From NCBI GenBank assembly GCA_030141605.1, contig JAQGDQ010000890.1, forward strand, positions 1 through 64,000: a stretch of 64,000 nucleotides of DNA. The letters are read 5' to 3'. Under the pieces are notes generated by a model. It searched no databases. It worked only from the letters and a program-made list of their open reading frames with translations, and was not told the DNA's origin. This DNA is from Tubiluchus corallicola. Lineage: Eukaryota > Animalia > Priapulida. Below are positions 1 through 12,338 of the stretch, one piece after another (the stretch's first letter is position 1; every line of letters starts with the position of its first letter). A program made the translations under genes and the position numbers.

Positions 1-1049
1 TCCAATTACAGAGACCATGCAACATCTTCATACATACACCTTAGTTTATTGAAAATAGATGATATTTATAATCTTGAATTATTTAAATTCATGTATAAGT
101 ATAATAACCGGCAGTTGCCTGAATTATATACTAACTACTTTACCTTAATCAAAGATGTTCACTCTCACTATACTAGGTCCTCAAGTATGGGACACTATTT
201 TCAAACACGATTTAACACAGCGTATGGCTTAAATACCTTACAGCACAGTGGAGTTATTTTGTGGAATAGTGTACCCAATACAATCATTTCCTCTCCTTCT
301 TTACAAATAGCTACCAAACAATACAAGATATTTTTACTTAGTAAATATTCATTGGCGTAGAAAACTAGAGCTTTTTTTTCTCTTTTTGTGCACGTGTGTC
401 TTTTTGCACTAATGTTTTTCTTTTACTAATGTTACTTTATTAGTAAAATGTATAAATCAATTTAAATGAATTATTCATTAATCGCAGTCTTTATCAAAAT
501 CGTTTTTACATATTATGTTTCCTTGCTATTATTATATCATTTACTTTATTTCAAAATTATTTCAATATTCGTATCAAAATCGTAATTCCATATTATGTTT
601 TTCTTATGTTTCCTTGCTATTATTACATCATTTACTTTATTTCAAAATTATTTCAATATTCATATCTAAATCGTAATTCCATATTATTTTTTTCTTATGT
701 TTCCTTGCTATTATTACATCATTTACTTTATTTCAAAATTATTTCAATATTCATATCAAAATCGTAATTACATATTATGTTTTTCTAATGTTTCCTTTTT
801 CATTGAGTCATCTAAAAAAGCACGCATAACTTTATTAATTTTTTCATTTAAGTAAGGTGAGTGTGTTAATGACCGTATGGTCGTACACTCACCTCACACT
901 ACTCAAATTATTTTATTTATTGTTTATTTATGTGTATAATAATGTATTTTGATGTGTGGAATAAAATTCATAGTTCATAGTTCAAGTTTACACAATTTAA
1001 GTTTACACAATTCAAGTTTAAACAATTTAAGTTTACACAATTCACGTTT
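1..1049 (+). mobile_element. LINE (CR1/L2/Crack-like) 3' end: ORF2 C-terminus, 3' UTR, stem-loop and repeat tail
   Basis: Frame open from base 1 to 360: SNYRDHATSSYIHLSLLKIDDIY...HSHYTRSS...GVILWNSVP, typical of the post-RT C-terminus of CR1/L2-group ORF2. Also a hairpin aggtgagtgt..acactcacct (855-894), aataaa, and an (aagtttacacaatty)n tail. Confidence 0.8.
493..795. repeat. ~80-90 bp tandem repeat (about 3.4 units) in the LINE 3' UTR, mirrored at ~2165-2466
   Basis: Units atc(a/t)aaatcgt...tttcaaaattatttcaatattc start near 493, 573, 663, 753. Confidence 0.85.
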
Positions 1050-1358
1050 GGTTATAAAAGTGAAAATATTAATAAATGAAAAGTGAAGTGCATAATTTTT
1101 CATATTTGTTGTTTGTTACATTTTTTTCAAGCTAATCACACTGAAGAGTTTGGGTTCTGGAAAATTCGACAACTCCATCTATGAAATTTTAAAACACTGA
1201 GTTTACTGTAAAGTCAAATAGTTTGATGGCATAGTTATAAATTGTTGTCGTGTTTCGACATGTTATACCATTATTCGTACAGGATGATAATTTTGAGATC
1301 TTAGTTTAGCAGTGATGTAATAAGACGAGTCAGTTAGTCAACACGAGCTTACAAAACC

Positions 1359-1583
1359 TAATCGTAAAAGAAGTTAAAATGCCCATAAATCTTAAAATTC
1401 CTTACTTTTCTTTAGAAGCTTTCGTCTTCTCGGACCTTATCAGCTGCGCAAAAAGATACAATGTATCTTTTTGTAACTTTTGTGTCTTTGCGTGCAGGTG
1501 ATGAGGTCCGAGACGACAAAAGCTTCTGCAGAAAAAATAGATTTTTTTTAAATTTATGGGGTTTTCAACTTCTTTTACGATTA
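1359..1583. mobile_element. Fold-back remnant (Penelope-like pLTR) with degenerate minimal hammerhead motifs on both arms
   Basis: Imperfect ~100-bp inverted arms. Consensus of the arms is tgcag-CTGATGA-GGTCcgagaNGAC-GAAA-GCTT-ctgca. Confidence 0.6.
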
Positions 1584-1644
1584 TAATCCTGGCATATCTC
1601 AGAAGAGCACTACCTTATTTCCAAGCTTACAACACCCATACCAC

Positions 1645-3145
1645 CAGCGGCGGATTATGATTTTATCGGCCTTAGGCTTGAGCTTGGAACGGGCCTTTTA
1701 AATGTTGCTACACTGCTGAGCTGACGTGTTTTTGTGGAGCTCTCGTCGTATCACGAGATGATCACTGATCATCAGATGATCATCAGACAATTTATCACTG
1801 ATGCATATTGAGTCAGATATGTTGAAAAAAATGGACTTTTCAGAAATTATAACTGACTTTGCCCCCAGAAAAATTCGGAAACTGAAATTTTGAACTTCTT
1901 AAACTGTGTAAACGTGAATTGTGTAAACTTAAATTGTTTAAACTTGAATTGTGTAAACTTAAATTGTGTAAACTTGAACTATGAACTATGAATTTTATTC
2001 CACACATCAAAATACATTATTATACACATAAATAAACAATAAATAAAATAATTTGAGTAGTGTGAGGTGAGTGTACGACCATACGGTCATTAACACACTC
2101 ACCTTACTTAAATGAAAAAATTAATAAAGTTATGCGTGCTTTTTTAGGTGACTCAATGAAAAAGGAAACATTAGAAAAACATAATATGTAATTACGATTT
2201 TGATATGAATATTGAAATAATTTTGAAATAAAGTAAATGATGTAATAATAGCAAGGAAACATAAGAAAAAAATAATATGGAATTACGATTTAGATATGAA
2301 TATTGAAATAATTTTGAAATAAAGTAAATGATGTAATAATAGCAAGGAAACATAAGAAAAACATAATATGGAATTACGATTTTGATACGAATATTGAAAT
2401 AATTTTGAAATAAAGTAAATGATATAATAATAGCAAGGAAACATAATATGTAAAAACGATTTTGATAAAGACTGCGATTAATGAATAATTCATTTAAATT
2501 GATTTATACATTTTACTAATAAAGTAACATTAGTAAAAGAAAAACATTAGTGCAAAAAGACACACGTGCACAAAAAGAGAAAAAAAAGCTCTAGTTTTCT
2601 ACGCCAATGAATATTTACTAAGTAAAAATATCTTGTATTGTTTGGTAGCTATTTGTAAAGAAGGAGAGGAAATGATTGTATTGGGTACACTATTCCACAA
2701 AATAACTCCACTGTGCTGTAAGGTATTTAAGCCATACGCTGTGTTAAATCGTGTTTGAAAATAGTGTCCCATACTTGAGGACCTAGTATAGTGAGAGTGA
2801 ACATCTTTGATTAAGGTAAAGTAGTTAGTATATAATTCAGGCAACTGCCGGTTATTATACTTATACATGAATTTAAATAATTCAAGATTATAAATATCAT
2901 CTATTTTCAATAAACTAAGGTGTATGTATGAAGATGTTGCATGGTCTCTGTAAACCCGATTTGAAATATAGTGACTGACTTTTGAAAAACAAAACTTTTT
3001 TTTTAATATTTTATTTTGGCCCCTTGCTCTTTTGTCAATTTATTTTTTTTACAAAAAAAATTTTTTTCGTTTTATTTTGCCGGGCCCCCTTTGATCCCGG
3101 GCCTTAGGCTTCAGCCTATTCAGCCTATAGGGCTATCCGCTACAG
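1645..3145. mobile_element. hAT-type MITE interrupted by the LINE copy
   Basis: Perfect 8-bp TSD cataccac (1637-1644, 3146-3153); imperfect TIR cagcggcggat / atccgctacag; ggccttaggc subterminal motifs shared with other MITEs in this window. Confidence 0.75.
1910..2953 (-). mobile_element. 5'-truncated copy of the same LINE, inverted
   Basis: Reverse complement of 6-1049 (one mismatch seen, 811 vs 2148); flanked by the direct repeat tgtaaac (1907-1913, 2949-2955). Confidence 0.85.
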
Positions 3146-3462
3146 CATACCACATTGCTTCTTAGCTAATGTCTAATTGATATTTTGCCCTTCCACTTGT
3201 GATTCATCATAAGCAGTCAAAATAAAAGTGAAATTAAAAAAAATCTTCCTAAATGCCATAGTTGAACAGCATGATTGTGTTAGTAATACATACGTTCTCT
3301 TCTTTAGTTATGATCAAATATTTTCTCAAATTTTGTAAGTGGCAACAGGATAGGCTCTATTCCAAGTAGAACTGTCGATGCGGAAGCCATAATATTAATT
3401 ATGGTGATGGAAATTTAGATTTTTAATGCTAATAACCTCTGCTCAGTTAAAATACTTATTAC

Positions 3463-4041
3463 CAGTGGCGGCTCGTGCATAGGTACTGCAGCACCCCGTT
3501 TAAAACTCATAATTATCGATAATATTCAATATAATGTCTTTTCCTTTTGTTCTTTTTTACACTTGTGTGGAACCGGAGCACGTGAGGGAGCACAATTTGG
3601 TTTACAGCCCAAGCGAAGAGGTGTTTGGACGTTGCGCGCATGCGGCCATGCGCATATGTCTAAGATAGCACGCTGCACGCCATCGTCTGCTGCTAAATAG
3701 CAAGCACCCGTCTATCACAGCAACAATTGCCACGTGCTTACCGCTTACCGCATATTCTTGGATGCGATAAAATGTAAATTTAGGGTGTGTGCTCAAAACG
3801 TAAATTATTGAATAATGGACGCCTTGCATCCCCAAAGAAAAATTAGTTATGTGACTGTAAGTGAACTACAACAGCTTAATTTTTCAGTTGTCTCTCCATG
3901 AGAGTTACAGTTAGGAAACGAGGCCGTTCAACACTCGATCTTCAAATATAACTGCAACATTAAATTACACGTTTGTTAAATGGCTAAAAATTTTCTGAAG
4001 CAGCAATCCAACTAATTTTAGCTACGAGCCGGCCGCCACTG
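3463..4041. mobile_element. hAT-type MITE
   Basis: TIR cagtggcggc / gccgccactg; perfect 8-bp TSD cttattac. Confidence 0.85.
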
Positions 4042-6285
4042 CTTATTACAGATAATTTTTTTTACAGGTATTGCATGTGTTGAAAAAGAAACAGAAGAAC
4101 ATCCCAGTTTTGTTTCACATTGTTTTAATATTGAACAGAACTAGCGAAACATTTGTACAAAATCTGGTGGTACAAGTAAATGCGTCTGTAATTATTATTG
4201 CAATATGAAAATGACTTACATGCATTATGACAAAGACGATGAAACATAAGAATTAAGCAAAAAAACATCTAATCTTGATACAAGAGTAAGAGATCTACAG
4301 GCTGTTCTAATTATTCATTTAAATTGATATTTTTGACTGACTACGCTTGAATTAGAATACAAAATAAAGTGATACGTAAGTATAATACGTAAAAACAGGA
4401 AGATTTAGAAAGATATTTAGATAAAGGTATAATACATAAATGGTGGTGGATCAATTTGAAAAGACACTATAATTGAGAAATGGACTTTTTACCAATTCAA
4501 ACTAATTGTCTGAAAAAACTACTCCAATTCAGTACAAAAGACAACTTACTACATTGTGTATGACTGGAATAGTTAAGCTCAAGAGTTACAGAAATGGGTT
4601 ATGTGACTAATGCACACATGTACACAAAACAATATGTTCAAGAAGAGGGGAATGGCAGAGTGAAAGAGCACCAGAAACTGGTTACAACTGCCATAATGCC
4701 AACATCCATTTAGCTTGATGATGAAGGATACAAATACGAATGTAGTTAAGTGTTTCTGCCGTTTCACTGTCTCATATCACATCCTCCTAAAGGCATTAAG
4801 CAAGCTCTGTCCCTGAATGTTGAAACAGGGTTCATAAAGCCAGCTATACAAAAATCAATAACTCTGCCATCAAAGCTTTTGAGTGTACTTCTCTTTGATC
4901 AGCACATGCACCACAAATGACAGGAAAATTTTAAAACAGTTTTATATTGTGCACCTTGATATTCTTATTAAGAAAATGAATGACAAATAATAAAATTATT
5001 TTAATACTTTGCCCAATAAGGCTATTCAAACCATACTGCTTCACCTATCAGGTCAAATGACACTTGCTTCATTATGCATATAAACCACATTGAATATTAC
5101 AATGACATTTAATTTCAAATAATATTATAAATAATTATATATTTTATGGTAAAATCTACAAGTTTTACCTGTATCACTAAAACAGACTGATCGTACATGA
5201 CTTCTCTAAAACAAAATGTAACATTTATAAATACACATTGTGCACTAGAAGTTCAGTTCAAAAAGCACCTGTTCTTTCTTTTCTGCAAGTTAAGTATTAC
5301 AGAACATTTTGTGATGTGAACTGGACTGCAATTTTTTAAAACAAATTATCGCAAAATTTTAAGAAACATAGGTTCAAAAAAACAAAAGATAATAAATATA
5401 GCTTTTATTAGCAACTGAATAGTTATCCCAACAATGACCTATTATATTTCTACATCACATGACTTTGTCTCACTGTTACTGTAATGTTGCAGTTTTTATA
5501 TACATTTAATGAAGCAGACAATAATTAAGTAGATTAATCATTTCATGATGGCCTTCGTACCAAAATTAAGCGAACTTCAATCAAAATATGTGATATGCAC
5601 GTGTCTACTTTTACTACAGGTTTCCGACAATGACGCTAACAAAGTAGTGTTTTACATAGACAAGACCCCAAAACAGTGAAATAAACCTTTGTAACTTCTG
5701 TCATAACAACATTCTCAACAACAATAAGTTACTATTATCATTATCAACAAGATATTATCTTGTAAAAAGACACATTTATTTCTTGACATCTTTCAATCAC
5801 TTTGCATCAGATGCCTACAGAGCAGTTATAAGAATACTTATATAAATAATTATATAAAATAGATTAATTACTGCTCACAAATACATACAACAGGTGGACA
5901 AGTTCTGGACACAGACACTTAGAGACTTATTTTTGCTTAATTAAGCTTAAGTTTATACAAAACCTAAAAAATGACTTCGGCATGTCACTAGTCACACAAA
6001 ATGGACGTTGCAGAAGTATACATTCTAGAGAGAAAAGTTGCCATCCCGTCCTAGTCTAGTGAATGCTAGTTGTCATCTATTTGGTATGTAAACAAGCAGC
6101 GTGCAATCAAAGCTTGATCCCATCATTACCATTGGGACATCAAATGCTATAATGCTCTCATTTGGACAGCGCCAGTAGTCACTAAAGTAGCGCAAATGGT
6201 GACGCCGCCGAAGATGTATTGGTGGCCGGGAAACGTATCGCATGCTATCCAGTACGCTGACTAGAGCCCAGTGCTCCTCTTGATG

Positions 6286-6419
6286 TCATAAATCGTGGAA
6301 TCGTCCCATGTCTTCGCGGTAGTTGGTAGGAATCTCAAACAGTGATGCTGGAATGTCGTCACGAAACTCGAACTCTTGAAACGTGACCCTAGCGACAATG
6401 GTAGGAAGGACCGGTATAT
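6286..6419 (-). CDS. ANKRD13C: ANKRD13C coding exon 12 (terminal)
   Basis: DIPVLPTIVARVTFQEFEFRDDIPASLFEIPTNYREDMGRFHDL-stop. Confidence 0.92.
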
Positions 6420-9400
6420 CTAAATTTAAAAGCAACAAACAAATAAGAGCATCGCAAGCAAACCGAGATAAACTTGCGGCATTCAACTTTTGTGAAATCA
6501 GTTTGAAAAACGTATTTGTGACATCATATTTTTGCATATTAAAACCACTGTACTTCTTTAATAATTATTAAATATTATGTTTTTGCATATTGAAAGAAGT
6601 TTACTTGCATATGTACTTTTTTCAAGCCCAATCTTATAATTAATTTTGGTGGTATCTGGATTTATATATAGCTCCTATGACGTCAAATTTTGAGCGATCA
6701 TACGTCAAACGAAAGGCCTCCACCTAATGTGATCTCATTGGGGGTATGTTTTCCAAATCGGCACTACCGGAAGAAACGATAGGCGAAAAAACCTCCAAAA
6801 ATTGCCATTTTTGGCCGTTTTTTTTTTGCAAAACTTATACCTCTTATTTCTGAAGAATGGGAATGGGCCGGGGTTGGTGTTGGTAATGGTTGCATAGCTC
6901 GTTCAACGGTAGATGTCATAGGCATGTTTAGAATTCGTGGGAGGACCAAGGCTTCCTGCATTGGGCGTTTTCCCCGACCCAACTCCAGATCTTTTGGAAA
7001 TTTTGGCCACTCTCAGAAGGAGACAGGTAGCTCCTTAGGAGGAGGAGGAACTGGGCTACACGATGATGTGGGTCTCTTATGTAGTGTGCTCCACCAAAAG
7101 GAGAGGTGATGAGTTGATTAGAGGTTCCATTGTTGGCAATTCTCATTTGGAAAACTGCTGATGTTTTGCATAGTTCTGACGTCATTCTATTGTACTCTGT
7201 CTATAACTTTATGCTGCTGGCTTTGCGTTATAAATGAGGACTATGTAGGATTTTCGGTATGTTATTACAAGTGTATTTATACGCAAAAATTTTTGCGGGG
7301 CCTTTGCTATTAGCACTAATTGCATGATGCCTTTAAACACATGAAAAAGCCAACCTCTAGGAATGAACATGGTGTTTAGCACAGATGATTAGTGATGGGC
7401 GATTTTGAAATTTCGTAATTCGATTAAAATCTTGTTATTGTAACTCGATATCATGATTAATCTTTGGCGTCAATTTTTTGTGTATTAGCCATATTTATCA
7501 AACATTGCAGCACTAAAGTATAGCCTACAAATGTCTCCACAGCTTTCATCACTGTCTGCCATTTTTGAATTCGCAAAATGTTCTTAGAGGCACGAACATT
7601 CATTAATTACTCTATCACGACGTCACTACGCATGTCTCACATGAAACCGAATTTGAAACCCACATTTTGCAACACTGTAGTTTGCAATTGTGCGCATTGT
7701 GTGAGAAAAGCGAAGAAAAATTGCAAAGATTGCATTTATTTGTGCTAAAATGCCGCCTTTTAGTCAGTGTGTAAAAGGTACATTTTAGTTGAATTGCTGT
7801 TCAATTTCCGATTATATCGATTTACACATAGTTGTAATCTGAATTAATTCGATTAATCTATTAATCACCCTTCATTACAGACGATCGTTTTGACAGTAAC
7901 CGTGACTCCTTTGATTTTCTAATGATATTTTGTGCCTTGATTTGTGGGGTCATTTGTTTTATTTGTTTTGTCTTGATTTCTAGCATTGATCATGACAGTT
8001 GCTGTCGAAATGATCATCTGAGCTAAATAAACACCATGCTCCATATACATTACTGTAAACTTTATTTAGTTTTAGTATTGATCTTAACTTACATTAGTTT
8101 TAAATGAATTATGCGCAGGTTTTGAAACCACAACTTACAGCAACACTAGATGCATAATGGAACAAATTCACAATTATTAATTTGCTAAAACCAAATTTGA
8201 CCAAAAACGTAAAAAGTCTGAGTTGAGCTAGGAACTGAACCACGGACCAATGTGGCATGTTTTTCAACATTGCTAGCCGTTTTCTATTTTGTGCTGTTTG
8301 TGTAGCAACTCGTGCAAAGATCACACAAGATTGTCAGTTAATTGGCCTTCATTGTGAGAATAGCAAAATGTGTAAATGTGTGCTTGCAAACCAAAACTGT
8401 CCGTAAGTCGGCATAGTTAAAACTGCGTTAAGATGCTTCACAGTAGAATGCATCAAACATTTGGTCAAACGCCAATTTTTCGTATTTTATAAATACCAGC
8501 ACTAAATATATTGGACTTTCATATTCTACCATCAAATAATGAAGAAAGTGTTCAAAAAACACTAAAAATTTAATTTTATAACTCGTTGCCCACTTTTCTG
8601 TCTAGAAACTATTACTGCAATTGTGAAAAACTCAGATAGTAGTTCCTGGAAGATGTCATTTCTGTTTCCAAGCCCAAATCTTTGGCAGGAAGAGCCATCT
8701 ATTGGATTTAAACATAATTTCAATGCGCTCTTGCAAAGTCCATAGCAACCAACATTTGTACGGTTGCTAACTGTTTTGTAGAAACGCGACGAAAAACAAT
8801 GGCTAACTTTAACAGCAATTTTCTCAAGTTTGAGTATTTCAATGTGCAGTCCGCACCTCAACTTCAATGTTGATTATCTTAGCTAAGAAATAACATACAG
8901 CAATGAGCTGGGTATTAAAATGATCCTCATGACATGAACAATCAGGTTATGTGAACAAGTAGTTGAAACTTAATTGCCGACTGATGGACGATTTTGCTAC
9001 GCAAGCACACAAATATTGTTTACACACATAGATTGGCACATCCAAATGCGAAAAAGAACAGCAACATTTCTTACCAATTTTCACAGGGAAACCAGGTGGC
9101 AGTTTCAGCTGCACAAAATCACGCAGTTTATTAAAATGTTTGAAAGGTGCAATAACCTCCAGTAAGTCTAATAATCTGTAAAATAGTTTAAAAACCACTA
9201 TTAGAAAAAATACTGATGTGTATACTCTCTACACTGACTTGTACTACAAAAAAAAGGAAAATTCACATTTAAAGAAATGCTCAATTTTGCAAAAAATGAA
9301 TCTCCTCACTTAATAATTGAAATGAGAGCTTTGTGCATAGATTTTAATAAAATAAGTTTTAACAAGGGGTGGGAATAACGTAACGAGTATTTTATTATTC

Positions 9401-12068
9401 GAATATTCGAGGAAAAATTATTCAAATATTTGACTCCCGCATATCATCCTTCCATGCTCATTGCGTTACCTCACATGTGGAAATAGATAAAGGCAAAATA
9501 CAGCACAGCAGTTACTGCATCTCTGTGTTAATTGTTGAGCAGGAAGTTTTTGCACACCCACCCTCTTGTCTGGGCTGAACTATTAATATGTTATATATAT
9601 ATTAATTGTACTGCTGAGCTGGAAAGGTAAATTTACCTGCATCATCCTCCTCTCTGGACAGAATTGCAGTGTTAATAACTGCACTATGCAGTAGGACTTA
9701 ATGTAAACATAAAAGATTAAACATGGATCTTGTTGATTTTTGATAACTTAATTTGTTTTTGCATATTGAACATTCCATTTGAACGACTTTTTTCTGAACG
9801 TTCCTATACCAAGTTCTAAGTTCTTTTATGCCACAAAAATGACTAAGTGTGAACAGTATACCCAACTTCCCAGTGAATTACTGGGGCTACTGAATGAAAT
9901 GACTGTTTTCCGCCATATGGCAGCAAAGACAGCACATCGTTTTTATCAGGGGAATGATGTTGACTCAGTGCCAAAGTTTTCTGCCTCGGTGAGTGAGCAA
10001 GTGTTATTCAGCATGTGGCTAATACGGTGTCATAAGGTAATCAAACAGTATTTTATTATTTAAAATGTAAAAACTAATAGAAGCTTCGAATATTCGTGAA
10101 TGTTCCTAACTTTAACGTAATAAATGTAAAGTAAAATGTGAATACATTAGAAGAGAGCATCGAATGTTGGAATTCGATGCGAAAAAAGTTCTTTTAGTTT
10201 GAACTCGATTTGAACTTAAAGTTATAGATTCAAATAATTCAGCACTTCAACCACATACGTTCTTTATCATTAAAACTTTTGAAACATCATGCAATTGGCA
10301 CAGTTTAGCTATGATTTCTGCACACAATTTTCAAACAAATTATCAGCGGTTTTACTACAAAGCAAAATTGAGTAATACGTATGATCTTTGTAAGATCACT
10401 ATTTGCTGGTGGTTTGACAACTTGTTCAAAATTCTTTCCAACTCGATTTGAATTCAAAATACTGAAATTCAGTTCACTTCAAATTCGAAAGTCACAAATT
10501 CGGTTCGATTTGAATTCGCTTTGTGGTGGAGAATGATCACTCCTAGAATACATACACTTCAACAGATAGCGGAAATTCTTCGCTCATAGCAACAGTGGCC
10601 TTGAAACCTTTTACAGATTCCTTGTAAACAAGTGGACGACCAAGATGCGGTGGGCTTCCCGGAGACGCTATGATGTAATCATTCCATGAAATCTCATGCT
10701 CTGGTGGTGGTGGCAAAGACTGGCGCTTTGCTGGTTGCTAAAAAATACATGTCCTACTGTTCTGACTGCAGCAATATATGTGTGCTTGTAATCCAAAACT
10801 GTCCATAAGTCGGCACAGTTAAAACTACGTTATGATGCTTTAAAGTAGAATGCACCAAAATTTTGGTCTAACGTTAGTTTTTTGTTTTTTATAAAAACAA
10901 ACGCTAAATGTATTGGGCTTTTATATACTAGCATCAAATAATCAAGAAAAAGCCATTTTGCTTCAGGTTTTTTCTTTTGCCAAGTTCAAAACTTGCTCAG
11001 GAAGAGCCATCTACTGGATTTAACCATGACTTCAATGTGCTCTTGCAAAGTCCATAGCAACCGTACATACGTACAGTGCAAAGTCCATAGCAACCGTACA
11101 GTGATTTTGTCAAGATGATTTTTTTCACTGCATAGCGTGCACCTCAACTTCAACGTGGATTATCTGACCTTAGAAATAACACAGAATGATGAGAGCTTGG
11201 TGCCAAAATGATCGTCATCAAATGGAGATTCGGGGTATGAGAAAAAATAGAAAACGTTGATTGCCAACTTATGGACGATTTTGCTATGCAAGCACACACT
11301 TAACAGGTATTTAAAAAAAAGAAAACTCAGATGACACAACTCATTGGTTGTTACACTGTAAATGACAGCTAGCAACTAATAGTCATGATAGTCAACTGCA
11401 TGTGTATAGTGACTACAGTATTGATACAAATAAAAATGGAATGTTTCGCCCTGCTTTCATACTTACCTCTATCGTAGAGTCAATGACTGTGGTAGTATTG
11501 CCTTTGCTTAAACATTCGATAACTGCCTTGTTTTTCTGCAGATCTTCTTCAGATAAATGTTCTCTCCTAGCGAACACATGAGGACATGTATATTGCAAAA
11601 TAAGGTAAAGCAAATCTTTGCACAACAATGTCAACTTGTCCTAGTAGAAAACTGTGTAAAGTGACGTCATGCTTTCTAACAAATAATGTTAAGCATAGGG
11701 ATATGTTTCATTAGCAAAGGTAATAATCACTGGTGCACGTAAACTCAATATTTTATCACATTTACTACATATATGTTACCTCGTATTTTTATCAAACAAA
11801 AACGTGACTATTTGTTATACCAATATTGTATGCACACATGCATACCACATTGCCCTTACAGTTGAAAAGGACGTGTAAGAGTGTTGTCTGGCATCAGCTC
11901 TCTCAAAACGTCCAGTTTCTAGTGTCATGTATAGGCAGGGCCGGCCTTAGGTAATTGGAGGCCCTAGGCGAAGTGAATTTGGTGGCCCCAAATGAAATAG
12001 AAAAATAAAAAATAAATACGAAAAAAATAAAATCATGCAATTTACGAGAGAGAGAGAGAGAGAGAGAC

Positions 12069-12120
<52 letters not shown>

Positions 12121-12143
12121 GAGAGAGAGAGAGTGGGGAGGGA

Positions 12144-12233
<90 letters not shown>

Positions 12234-12244
12234 CAGAGAAGAGG

Positions 12245-12338
<94 letters not shown>

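Noticed and set aside
49-360. 103-aa ORF (and its copy at 2599-2910) as a standalone duplicated gene
   Set aside because: The frame is open upstream of the TTG, and the peptide is a LINE ORF2 C-terminus followed by a LINE-type 3' end.
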